A stretch of 64,000 bases of DNA from Tubiluchus corallicola (lineage: Eukaryota > Animalia > Priapulida), in assembly GCA_030141605.1 (NCBI GenBank), contig JAQGDQ010000030.1, forward strand, positions 996,558 to 1,060,557. The letters run 5' to 3'. Below the pieces are notes generated by a model. The model was not told the origin of the DNA, searched no databases, and worked only from the letters and a program-made list of their open reading frames with translations. Positions 27,582 through 39,800 of this stretch are shown in pieces (within the stretch, counting starts at the first letter, position 1; each line of letters starts with the position of its first letter). The translations under genes were made by a program, and so were the position numbers.

Positions 27582-27825
27582 CTGCTGTACAAGTGTCTGC
27601 GGGTACCGGTTGTAATTGATATGTGGTTGTTGTAGAAGGCACGGTGGTTGCCGTGGGCACACCTAATGGGGAGCCAGCATTCGTGGTGGCCATGTATGGG
27701 TAGTTTTGTGAAGCGTAGTGGTATGGATATGCCGTGGACTGTCCGTACGCGGCCCCATATGCAGCACCGGTGTAGTCCAGACCCTGTAAGAGGCTTGCAG
27801 CATGAGCTTGTGATGCTCGTTCATC
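27582..27825 (-). CDS. eya: Eyes absent exon (244 nt), Tyr-rich and P/S/T-rich region
   Basis: TTTTTTAG acceptor, CAG|GTAT donor; phase 0 to 1; DERASQAHAASLLQGLDYTGAAYGAAYGQSTAYPYHYASQNYPYMATT...TTTTYQLQPVPADTCTA. TTYQL is an Eya-conserved motif. Confidence 0.92.
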
Positions 27826-28488
27826 CTAAAAAACAATAAATGTCCTTATCTTCAGTGGAAAAAAATTAACAGCCTAAAATCAATATCTAATAGTCATTAA
27901 AGAATGCTAGCCAAAAGTCATTTCTATGCAGTAACTTGGAGAAAACTGCTGCAAAACAGAAATGTTTTTCTTGCTCACAGTTAGTTTTTCTTAGTTACCA
28001 ATCTTTTTGGAGATGAAATGGTAAAAAATGTTTCATTGACTCATTAGCTGCAAAGTCTTGTTAAACAAGTGCAAAGTTTTATTTTGGTCATAGTTCAAAT
28101 TTTTGAAAAATTTTCTGTTAGGTAACATCATTTCATATGCTGCATAGAAAAATCTATTTATGAGGCCTATTAGCCAAGTAATGAGCATTATCTTGCAACT
28201 CTTAATGAGTTTTATATATGGCATAAAATAAGCACCAGCTCTGTACTTGTGTAATATGAGATAGGAGGAATGCACAGAATTAGAAAAAACAATGTTTTAT
28301 GACTTATGTAGCACTGACGCATGGCAGTGTTTAGAATTTAATTACATACATCATCATTCACCAAAAAATGTGCTTAAAGCTAGAGGCTTCCCAAAACTGC
28401 AATGTAATTCCTTGACTGACAATGCACTTTGGTACATGACTAGCAGTGACAATGACATAAAAAATAATGACATAACACTAAAACTTAC

Positions 28489-28550
28489 CAGTTGCGATGA
28501 ATTGAGTCCCTGAGCCGATCCTGTTGAGTTGTTAAACGCATAGCCGCTAC
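28489..28550 (-). CDS. eya: Eyes absent exon (62 nt)
   Basis: TCTAG acceptor, CTG|GTAAGT donor; phase 1 to 0; GSGYAFNNSTGSAQGLNSSQL. Confidence 0.88.
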
Positions 28551-29175
28551 CTAGATTTACAATAAACAAGACATTGGGTTACAGGTCTGTACATTAAAGT
28601 TTGATGTTTTGTCTTTAGTTGAAATGACTCTATTTAACTTGTTTTATTGTGTTATAACTAATGTAGTATCTGTTTTATTGCGCTACACATGTATGTATTT
28701 ATACTTTGTAAACAGTGTATGTATTGTGTGAATGATAATTACCCAATAAATATCAACTGGTAGACGAATAGAATTTACAGTAAAGTACATTTTCCGATAA
28801 ACTGTTTTTTTTTAAAACTGCAAAATGAAATCCACTATAGTGATTCAGCAGCAGGCCTTATGATTCATGTTGAATGATTGGTGTAGGATTCATATCAGAC
28901 AATGAGACAATCAACTGGCAACAAAACTAGGCAGAACCCACCCTAGTGCAACCACCATGGCTATGCAATATCGGTACCTAGTGAACTTTATGTGCAATTT
29001 GCCCAACTTCAATGAATTTTTCCTGTTGTCATGATGGTTATCATTACAACAGCATTGTAGTAGTCTATCTCAAGAAAAATAACCATTGTTCACTAGGTAA
29101 TTTTATGGTTAAATACCACTAAAGGTATTACAGAAAACCAAACTGAAAGGGAGTAGAGTAAGCTTATACACATAC

Positions 29176-29325
29176 CGTAGGAATATGGACTTCCACTAGC
29201 AGGACTTGGACTAGGTGTGCCAAATGTAGCACCGTAAGGACTGTACAGGTTTGCAGCTGCAGCTGTCTGCCCAGATGATACTGATTTGTTATTTAATGCA
29301 GAGCCTATAGAGTGTAAAACTGGAT
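29176..29325 (-). CDS. eya: Eyes absent exon (150 nt)
   Basis: Long T tract then CAG acceptor, G|GTATG donor; phase 1 to 1; DPVLHSIGSALNNKSVSSGQTAAAANLYSPYGATFGTPSPSPASGSPYSY. Confidence 0.88.
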
Positions 29326-30339
29326 CTGAAAAAATAAAAAAAAAACAGTTAAATTTTTTTTAAAATCAAACCTTAATCTATAAATTCTGTGGTGTGCATA
29401 CTGAGTTTTCCATCTTAAGCTAATTTGAACAACAAACATGTTTCACACATCATAATTAAGCTGATTCCATTTTTGTCTTATTTAACACAGCTTGGGGGGA
29501 TGGCATTAGTACACATCAATGCAATAACTATACACTTACTTTGAAGTTGTTTGAAGATTTGTGCAGTGAGTCCAACTGTATTAGCAGGTAGATGAAGCCA
29601 TGTTTAGAATGTGCAGTTCATAAGTTCAGGCTCACGGGGGACTCATGCATAATGAAGTCATGCAAAACTTATGTACTGCAATATTTTTATCACTTTAATG
29701 TGATTAGAAATTGGGACCAAGTTGTACAAGGAAGTGAAGGAACTGATAATAATGAACAATTAATGTGCTGCTAGTTGTAACTACAAAAACACATTACTAC
29801 TATAAGATAAATCCTTGTACAGAATTTGAGACGCAAAGAACAATATTAAATTAAAGGCAAAAAACGTTATTTGAAACTTTTGAGACAAATTGTACCCTAC
29901 AACTACTCTTTTAATGTAATATCAAACGATTTCTTTTTAGTAGACATAATAGTGTTGCCTCTGTTGTGAAAGGTTACCTCATTAAGAGAAAGTCCCAACC
30001 AGATTTTCAATGTGTGCTGTCAATCTAAACATAATTTCTATCTTGCACCATTTTGAAAATGTTTAATATAGTTGAAAAAGCGAATTCTAACCTCTACGGT
30101 GTCATTTGTGCATGCACTGACACCCAAAATCTAATCTTTCTAAGGAGAACCATACCGAGTTTACATGTACAATTTCAGCTTTTTAAGCTTCTGCATGCAA
30201 GCTGGAAACTGTTCAGAGTCAGACAGGTCAAACCAATTACTCTGTAGCTTCTTGAAGGAGACGAAAAACTGCAGTTTCTTCTCAACCCCTGGGTGTAGTG
30301 TATTGAGTGTGTTTCCTAATCAGCAAGACGTGCCTTAGG

Positions 30340-30750
30340 TCACAGCCCCAGGTCAAAGACTTTGTCACGGCGTGTATTTATGTTAAATATGCAAGTATTT
30401 TGACTCCATACATAACAACAAACACAGTGCATATATTCAACACAGTCTAGGACACTGCTTAAGGGGCTCCAAGCCACAAATCTCACCCAGCAGCTGTTGG
30501 GCCATAACTCAAAAGAGTTAAACGCCTCCAGAGAATACACGTCAAGTGCAACAAGTCAGGCATCTTGCAAATATTTGCTGATCAACGAAATACCACACAG
30601 CCACGATTATTCAACTTGGACACTAAATTATGAATTCTCAAGGCTTTTTTGCCCGAGATGTTTACTGGCAAGCCATGGCGCGTATTCAAAATAGTTATAA
30701 AACTTAATGGGTGCCAGCTGCGAGGAGACGTCAACGAATTGTCTTAGGGA
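30340..30750 (-). mobile_element. Possible decayed LINE APE-endonuclease fragment
   Basis: Minus-strand LEAFN...NINTRRDKVFDLGL resembles the GDFN...PTR..xLDL motifs of APE domains. Confidence 0.45.
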
Positions 30751-31902
30751 TTAATAACAGGTGAATGATTTAATGCAAGAACCAAGATGTACTTTACGGC
30801 TATTATGTGCATATATCATATCAATAGTTCAGGTTCTAATTTTTGACATTCAGCAGAATTGAAACTGCTTTTCGTACTAGAGTGCGATAGCTGGCTTTGT
30901 TATTAAGCACTTAAGAAATTACTTTTTGCTTTATAATATACAAAGCCTAAATACTTCTAGTTTTACAGGAATTTCCTGAACTTCAGATATTAAATTAATT
31001 TCAGTTCTATGGTTAATTTAACTGTAGTTAAATCGTTTTTATGTGCTGAAATAATCTTTCAATTAAATTAAAAAATATAGAAAATTAGGAATGTATATTC
31101 CCCTTAATGATTAGAATTAATAATGCTGTAGGTAATCCTAGAAATGTTATTTAAGCAAAAAATTATAGTATTGGAAAAATAAAATCATTAGATAATTTTT
31201 AGGTAATCATTAGGTAACTTCGAAAGGATAGAAAAAATGATGGGTCAAAAATCTCAATAAACAGAGTGTTTCGGCAAACAATGCCAACTAAATCATTATT
31301 GAGTAGCACGAATAATAATACGGTAAGAGTTTAATACAATTGCTTGATTTGTCTAGTAATATTTATTAAATTATACTTATTATATTACAAGACAGGTTCT
31401 AAAGTTTGGGGGAGCAGCAAGCACATAAAAAATGTGAGGTGATACGTACCAAACAATTTTTAACAGTAGTAGTATATAACTGACAATAGGCCTGCTGTTG
31501 TGCAGAAAATTGCGCAACAAAAATGTATTATAAAAATTTGATTTGGGGCAATTTTATTCTTGGTTCAGTCAGTCAATCTTGACAAATGAGTTGCGTAAAT
31601 GCACGCTCATTCCAAACACACGGGAGGCAGGTTGGTCAAAGTAATGACTCCAGAAAATTCCTTCACGGCCATGTGATTAAAAAATAAAAAATTCGACTTT
31701 TATCGCACTAGTGAATTGAAAAGTTAAAAAATTGTGGAAAATGCACATGAAAAATTTTGCTTGGCGGAGCGATTGCTCCCCTATTACCTACACCACTGAT
31801 GACAAGCATACATTTTAAAAATGAATAACTGTCTTTGAAAATGAGTACGATAACTTGGTAAAACATTTCATTTACGAAAACTAAAATCCTGTTAATACAT
31901 AC

Positions 31903-32069
31903 CGGCCATTGCATATGGACTAACTCCATACGGACTCTGGGAGGCAGCCTGTGCCCCATAGAAGCCAGTGTTCTGAAGAGCATACCCCTGGGCGGAGAAT
32001 GCTTGCATACTGTTATTGGTCTGGGACGTGGAACTGGTTGCCACTAGCGACGGGTACGCTGTTGCAGAT
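31903..32069 (-). CDS. eya: Eyes absent exon (167 nt)
   Basis: TTTCGTTTCTAG acceptor, G|GTATGT donor; phase 2 to 1; RSATAYPSLVATSSTSQTNNSMQAFSAQGYALQNTGFYGAQAASQSPYGVSPYAMA. Confidence 0.92.
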
Positions 32070-33520
32070 CTAGAAACGAAATGTAACAGCTCGTTAAAAT
32101 TCTTCAGATAACATAGAATGGCTTCAGAGAAGCCCAGTGATAAAACAGTGTATATAAATGGCAAACATATTTGTTTATGGATGTTTTCAAATTGGCTGTT
32201 ACCAAACTTTATCAAGCAGTAGATCTGACAAAAGACAGGCTATTCCTGTACTATCCTTATTGAATGTTGTCAGATTTTTCTTTTTATATCCAACGGTACA
32301 GTGTAAACGGAATAACAGGCTTAATGGCAGGATGTTTTTCTTATGTTGATGACAGTGAGGATTGGCCATAGGTCAATATAAAGGTTAATATTCTAAGATA
32401 AGATACTGGCTTGGCAGAGTGCCTTAGTCTCGTTTGAACGTTGTATATCCTTCATTAACAAGATAAATAGCTGACTACAGTGTGAAACTGCACAAGCTTT
32501 TTCCCCAACAATTACTCATTCATTTACTAACCAGGCCCATGGCGCTTAACTTTGGTCGCAAAGTATAAGCCATAACCATCAGTAAGTTTTCTCACCCAAA
32601 TTAGTTTATTCAGTCGGTTTTGGCGACTTTCTGGTACCAAGCATTAGATAGCATTTAGCAGTCTGAACATGATAAAGAAAACTGGTCAACGAGAAAAGAA
32701 CGTAAATAGGTTTTTGGAGCTTTAGGGGAATCTTTTAACAGATACAAATAGTTTGTTAGTAGTATTTTTCATGGGTTTGGTATATAAATGTAAAGAAGCC
32801 TAGCTGCCTAGATCCTAAATATTTAATTAGTTCGTTTTACAGTGCTCGGTTGACTGTTGAAGAAGAAAAAATAGGCAGCAGCATAACTGACCAGCTCTTA
32901 CATACGAAGGCAATAAACATGTACCTAAAGATAACGTAAATCTGGTATTCCGATTTTTTATTAATTTAGGATGCAATACCAGCTAACTTAGCAGTAAAGC
33001 ATTCAAACATAAAAATCTTAAAGTTATTAATGGAAATCTGATAAAATAATAATAAGTCACTTTCACTTTCTGCGCTGTATCACAAGATTTTAATTTGGAA
33101 CATGGAAACTGTATGGTACAGCAGTATACGACATCTAAACATGTTAACTAGTAACAAGAGAACATGCTTGTTTAAGCTACTGTGGAAGCCAAACAGTCTG
33201 CACAAGATACACCTGAAACCCCATATAAACAGTGCATCTATTTACTATAAAAACATTGGATTATCATTATACACCTGCCAAACAATAACAATAGCGGTTA
33301 ATCAACGGATTACCAGATAAGTGATTAAAGTTAAAACTCTCAAATGAATGGGAAAACTGAAAAGTTGCTTTTCCGTTTCTTGTAACAATTTTTTGAACTT
33401 GATAATGCATAAACATTTTCTATTTCATTAGATCTACGGTAATTTGCTTCTATGAATAAAAATGTGACAACATTTTCCCAAGCTGTTTATTCTTGATCAT
33501 ACATAATTTCATTTACATAC

Positions 33521-33558
33521 CTGATGCAGGGGTACCAAGGATAATAGTCCATGTACAT
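33521..33558 (-). CDS. eya: Candidate alternative first coding exon of Eya (MYMDYYPWYPCI-R)
   Basis: AACATG start just after an in-frame TAG; strong CAG|GTATGT donor in phase 2, which is the phase needed to join the 32069 acceptor. Confidence 0.45.
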
Positions 33559-34130
33559 GTTCTATCCTGAACGTATTTTACCCACCATATATCATCGAAC
33601 TACTTGCTTTTTCGACATAACTACGTTTTAACACAATGTACTTACTTCCTCTAGGAATGTCCTTGCATATTTGCATTTTAATACCAAATCATGTAAAGTT
33701 TCTGTAATTATCTAAGTTCAGCTTAGATTCTTGACCCTAGTGTGCAAGATGTCAGTTTTAAATTTTTTAATTTAGGTGAAGAAAACTTTGCCTTTTCAAT
33801 CTACATTTAAAATAGCTTCAACTGGCATCTGGTGTTGTAGCATAGGTATAGTTTGGCATTTGTGCTCATTATGTACACAGACCCGGCTATTGGCCTCTAA
33901 AAGTTGCTCATTCACTGCAATTATTTAATGCAAGTTCACACTGGGCACCCCTCCATGGAATCCGTGGCCTCGCGTACCCCATTACATCCTAATGGTGTTT
34001 GGCTGAGGCTTCCAACAGTGTTTCTGACACAGTTAGTCACCCATTGCTACAGGAGGTCTTGTTTTCATAATATTTTGCTCCAGTCCTTCTAACAGTGAGG
34101 AACTGTTTAATAATGGGGCCAGTGAATCAT

Positions 34131-34222
34131 AGACTGAAACAACTGACTGAATCAGAGACTGAAACAACTAACTGAATCAGAGACTAAAACAACTGACTGA
34201 ATCAGAGACTGAAATAACTGAG
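34131..34222. repeat. 25-bp minisatellite, about 3.7 copies
   Basis: (agactgaaacaactgactgaatcag)n. Confidence 0.95.
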
Positions 34223-34624
34223 AAATCAACAACAAAGTGAATTAACCATTCATAACCGACCGTGCTTATTGTGAAGTGCACAAGAGTTAAGCTGCTTTCA
34301 TGAATGATTAGGAATGGAATGCAATGGACATGGCAACGGCAGCCACAAATGACAGCGGCTGTAGAAACTGATTCATTCATTTTTAGGTTGTATCCTAAAA
34401 CAATGATATCCGCTGTCCACTCACTAATACATATTATGAGAGATTATTTTTGCTGCTGACAAATCCATTTTGTTTATTTTATTCACACTCAATAGTAAAA
34501 TACAGTGTATACTAAAAACAATATAATAAAACAAGTTGGGAAAAAACATACAAATACAATATTTACAAGAATGTGGAAAAGACACAAAGAGATAACTACT
34601 TACATGTGTCTATTATGTACAAGA

Positions 34625-34900
34625 AATTTATGTAAGTTAACTTTATTTAAGCGGCTTTTAAATAACTTAATATTTTGTGCAGTTACGAGAGGGGCACCAT
34701 CAACACATGCAGGCAAGTAGTTCCAAATTGGTACAACTCGATTTATGTGAGAAAATTTGACCAAATGATACTTTAGCAGTTCGACGAACGAAAAGCTTCA
34801 GAGAATGATTTTGCCTAGTTCTGCTGGTTTACCCTTATATGGAGGAATGTTGGCGACTGTACTTTTATAGTATGATGAAGCTTAATGAAACATATTATTT
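34625..34900 (-). mobile_element. CR1-type LINE 3' end fragment
   Basis: Minus strand TRQNHSLKLF...KFSHINRVVPIWNYLPA...VTAQNIKLFKSRLNK matches the CR1 ORF2 C-terminal consensus TRGHSLKL...FSNRVVN.WN.LP..VV.A.....FK.RLD. Confidence 0.85.
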
Positions 34901-35160
34901 TGTTAAAACGAGGTTAAAGGCATTCAATAAAAGTATGTGCTGGACTAATAATGCAACAAACAGAACAAAATCTGATAAAAAGGAAAACCCTGAAAAAAAA
35001 TAACAAAACAGGGAGAGAAATTGAAAAGACGAAGAAAATGAAATCAAAACTGAATATACACTAGTGCAACAACATGTGGAAGAACAATTACTTTAGAAAG
35101 TTTTGGATTTTTGGACTTAAGATAGTCTTAACATAGTATTAGATACACAGTTTTACATAC

Positions 35161-35206
35161 CTGTTATAATACTGTAACTGAGAATTTGGATAGTCTTTAC
35201 TCAGAC
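35161..35206 (-). CDS. eya: Eyes absent exon (46 nt)
   Basis: TTCATAG acceptor, CAG|GTATGT donor; phase 1 to 2 bridges the neighbouring exons exactly; GLSKDYPNSQLQYYN(R). Confidence 0.85.
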
Positions 35207-36680
35207 CTATGAATACAATAATGACCTTATTAATTATTGTAAATTTGTTATAAATTGATAGTAATTAAGAATATGACAAGACTAACTTAAAATAAAGAAT
35301 TTCATGCACCAAAAATGATCTTTTCTTGCATATTTTTCAAAAGTGTTATAATTATGTGTTTATCATATATACAGGGCTAATGTCATATAGACTCATCTGG
35401 TGTATAAAAGGTTTCAGGTTTCAGGAGGCAACGAGACAACTCTAGTAAAAAATTTCCTCCTTTATCTACTCTTCATGCTTTAATTAACCAAAATCGCTAA
35501 GAATTATTCCATTTATTTGAACAGTTGTATGGATTTCACATAAGCACTTGCAATATTAAACGACAAAAATAAACCATGCAAATTTGCCTAAATTAATGAG
35601 CAGCTTTTCTGCAAGAAAATCATTGAGATTTTAATTACAGCAATACAGTCTGAATGAGGTATTTTCAATTTAAAAAAAACTAATTCACTAATTTATTTTT
35701 TAAACCAAACAAGAGAAATTTAGTTCAATTAGTGTGTGTAATTTTCTTTAATACGTGAAAGCAAAAAATTTTCGCAGCGCAAACAATTTCATATTTTATT
35801 TTCCAAAGACCCATTCTTCTTGTGACTAATTTTTTGGACAAACAAATTACAGCAATTATTATTAGCAATTGTACAAATAATCCGCGGAAAAATAAACACA
35901 AAGTGTAATTTCGATTCTTAGCAAAGGCCACAGAAAAGAAATAAATCAAAAATCTGTGAAGAATCGAACAAGTAAGCAAAACACCACAAATGTTATAAAG
36001 CAAGTTTCTTAGAATTTTTACATTAAAAAATACAATGAACTTTTTTCATTGATCATTTGGCTTTTTGATACAGTTTTTTGTATAAATTTAGCAATTTTCC
36101 AGCCAAAATTCAGCACTCAGTGGTAGGGCCTCCTTAATGTATTTAGTTGTAATGGGACTAGAATCTATCTCAAAATAAGGTAATCCTACAAGATGAGACG
36201 TTAAACAAGTAGAGGTATCGTGGTTCATATAGCCAACAGTATTAGCCAAAAAACTAAGGCTGAACTGACTGTGAAATGCTCAATTTCAATTCAACACAAA
36301 TACTTTTTGTACTCTTAATAAGTGAAAGTAAACAAACAATTAGGGGAAATTTTTGTAACTTTACATTGAATATTTTAAAGCCGTGAAGACATTTCACAAT
36401 GTCAACAAGATGCTTAGCGATATTATTTGGACCCGAGTAATTTATAGCAATATTTGAGAACTATATTCCCAAAATTCATATTAATTGAATTCCACAATTT
36501 TTGAGACTAAGAAAAATAAACGTGAACAGTAAAATAAAATTATTTGCTTGCATTTCACGGTAAACAGCACAATGCAAAAAGAGAGAGCTTGGCAGTGTGT
36601 TCATAATCATAACTACTTACAGACGAAAAAAATCTTCAACTATTAGGATTCTACTAAGATTCTACAAAGTTACTAGTCCT

Positions 36681-36750
36681 AGGTGTTCTACTAGGATTCG
36701 AACCTATGGCTTCCGTATTCCAAATAGCAAGATGTGCCACCTTGGCAAGG
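36681..36750 (-). mobile_element. Degenerate tRNA-derived (SINE head-like) sequence
   Basis: Perfect B-box GGTTCGAATCC inside a TAGG/CCTA T-stem; no intact acceptor or anticodon stems. Confidence 0.45.
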
Positions 36751-36825
36751 TTCTGTCTATTTTTTGTCAAATGCTTGAGAGTGAATAATCTAAATGTAGT
36801 GACAAAAGACAAAGATGGCACTTAC

Positions 36826-36894
36826 CAAAATCAATTGAATCACTGTTGCCAAAAGGAGACTCTGAATTATGTTCTGAGTTAGGTTCAGCCTTTA
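36826..36894 (-). CDS. eya: Eyes absent exon (69 nt)
   Basis: TTTTTTTACAG acceptor, G|GTAAGT donor; phase 1 to 1; IKAEPNSEHNSESPFGNSDSIDF. Corresponds to vertebrate VKTEP, a psi-K-x-E SUMO consensus. Confidence 0.9.
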
Positions 36895-39800
36895 CTGTAA
36901 AAAAACACATCAAATTAAATTTGGAGGTAAAAATGAAAAAAAGCATCAAGATTTGTCAAAAAATATACACAACGCGGGCATATTTATGTAAAAATATACA
37001 TAACACATTAATTTAGTAACTTCATTTTTTTCACATTAGCTCAAGGCGAAAACAATACTGGAAAGCACTTTTAAACGCACCGAAATTGTCATATAAAAGT
37101 GCAACAATAATTTTAAAAAACAAAAATTAACTGGACTTTTTAGCATAGTTAGCTTCATCAAATGATGAGGTTCCATCTAGAACTCCGCTTTTCTTGCCGA
37201 GATACAGATGCTATTGTTTACTTATCTCTTATTGATTAACGATTGTACGATTGATCATTTCCAAAAAATGTGAATATTGTGCTCCCGAAGCTGGGTGCTG
37301 TGGCGATTTACGGTAAATTCTAGCAGAGGTGCTGACTGGCTAAAAAGGTATATGGAATGATATCTATGTTTTTCTTCAGAAGGAAGGTAATGGAATAAAA
37401 ACGCTCAATGTTATGCAGCTGCAAAAAGTTGTTGAGTGACCGGAGTAGGGGTGTGGCAAGGGCAGCTGTCGGAAAATGCACAGTTAAAGGAAAACAGGAT
37501 GATTTTTTATATCACATCCCATTTTGAAGTACGGTAAAAAGTATAAATTTAAACACTGATAATTGGTTCTGATAATTAAATAATAGGCTAAAAACTTAAT
37601 TAGTTAATCTTAATAAAGTTAAACTTAATAAAAATTAAAAACTCAAGGAGTAATGACACCATAAATGAACAATTTTCAACGGTACAAGCATGCCACGAGC
37701 AGGCTGCACATGTTTGTGAAAGCGTAAATTGAGGCACAGTAATACTGTTACAACATTCAGTGAGGTATACAAGAACTCGGCAAATTTTAAATTCAAATTT
37801 CAAGTTTACCACTGTGCTCAAGCATGAACGTTTGAACGTGTGTACTACGTCACAACCGAATACTTCTGAACTGAGAGGTATTGCACCTGTTCTTATGCAA
37901 CGCGTTTCTGAAATGAAGACGCTAATGAACACCTAACCAGCGAATGGCAAAAGGAACGCAAAATTGCATCTCTGTGCTAATGATTCCGTCAAATAAATCA
38001 TTCTTGAAAAAATAGTATATTCCCTTCCAACATTATACAAAGTAGAAGACAGTTTTGAGCTATAGTTTAATATTGGGTCCGGTTTTCAGTTTAGCTGCAG
38101 CTTCACAATCTCACAGAAGAAAAATCTGTCTTGTTGAAACAGAATTTTGAATGTCTTAGCATAAAATATACTTCATCAACACTCCCAAAATATGATGTTA
38201 GTATTAAATAAAGTGAATGTGAGGCTAAATTTAAACTGTACGGTAAGTTTATTAATTGGTAATAGAACTATAATCAACGGAGCGTGTAAGGAGCAGGATT
38301 TCGTTAGAATGAGCGTAAACAAATAAAGAAAAGAAAGTACATATAAAATTTCTTACTAGCTTGTGAGGTTATAGTTAGCTGTGTGTTTTGCCACGACTCG
38401 GGCGCACTATATGGTGTGTCACTACTGGCCATAGAACCCACACTACCTATAAACAAAAACAACCACAGTCAGATAGCAAATGACGTCAACGCGAATATAC
38501 CAGTAACTGCCATGCTTAACCTAATTTCGGGGCTGAAGTAGGCTTCGGCACATCACCGCAAAAGATAAACCTTTAACAGTTCTGTTTCATAACGCCATAA
38601 TCTAAGCAGTGGTAGTACGTAGAAACAGGTATAGAATGCATTACAAATAATATGTAGATATAGCGCTACTAACTGCATAACTGAACTTCATCAATGAAAA
38701 GCGAAGTATGTTTGTCAGTGTAATGGTGTTGTTGACCATAATCATATATTATGCTACCAAAAATGATTCAGCGCAGCTCGGTTATATGAGCAGATAGAGA
38801 GTATATTGTACAAATGAATTACAAAGTTAAATTCTTAGATTCGTACTAATATTATATCCTACAGTTTCATCTATATTTTATGTAATTATATAACTGAGTA
38901 ATTCTTTGTGACTTTTGCTAAAAAATTAAACGGCTGTTTGACTTAGTTTGCAAGTGGATGTGTGTTTTCTGGATGATTTTATTTGCTGGTTGTCTCTGTA
39001 GTTATTGTGTGGTGTACAGGGGTATATCCAAATGCAGCTACACAACATAGCATCAATCCTAGATACGGGTCCACAGCAGAAACCTTGAATATAGCATCGG
39101 GTCATTTTGTTAAGTGCTGGGGTTAGTGCCAAACTCCATAAAAATGTTACAAAAGAGAAGCTTTAGCGAACACACAGATGTCTAAAAACCTAGAACAGTA
39201 TTCCTAGTAATTCTGGAATCCTGAGACATCGCGCTACAATATATAAGAGCATGGGTATAGTTCACGAGAGCTGAATGATTAGTGCCCCCTAAGTCATCAG
39301 GGTCAAAAAGTCAACTGAATGTTTTGAGGAAAAGCTCTCATCCCGCCCAGTCCACTCCAAGAAGACGCTGGGAGGTCGTCTCTTCAAAACAAGCAACTCA
39401 CTAGAGGACGAGTCACCTCTTCACTAGAAATAATTGAAGTGTGGCTGTTATGAAGTTAACCTGGAAGATTTCCACTCTTGTAAGAGATGACTGTAAACGT
39501 ACGAAAGCCATATAGGTTATCATTATATATCATATACATAATTACTATGATCGTACTGACAAGTTAAGTCGCTTAAGCTGAGAAAGTCTTAACATTTTTA
39601 GCATTTTTGATAAAATGGAGCTACTTGTAATGCGAATTTACACACGTCCATGAAAATAACGCAATCACTTTTACAAACAAGAAAATAAATAATATAAATA
39701 AATCACTATTTATACTCATGTATCAATAAATGAATATTTATTTTAATCCACCTGAGATAAATAAAGTTTATATATAAATAAATCATTATTTGCGAAGAAG

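Noticed and set aside
36681-36750. Functional tRNA gene
   Set aside because: Only the B-box and T-arm are present; no 7-bp acceptor stem or proper anticodon stem.
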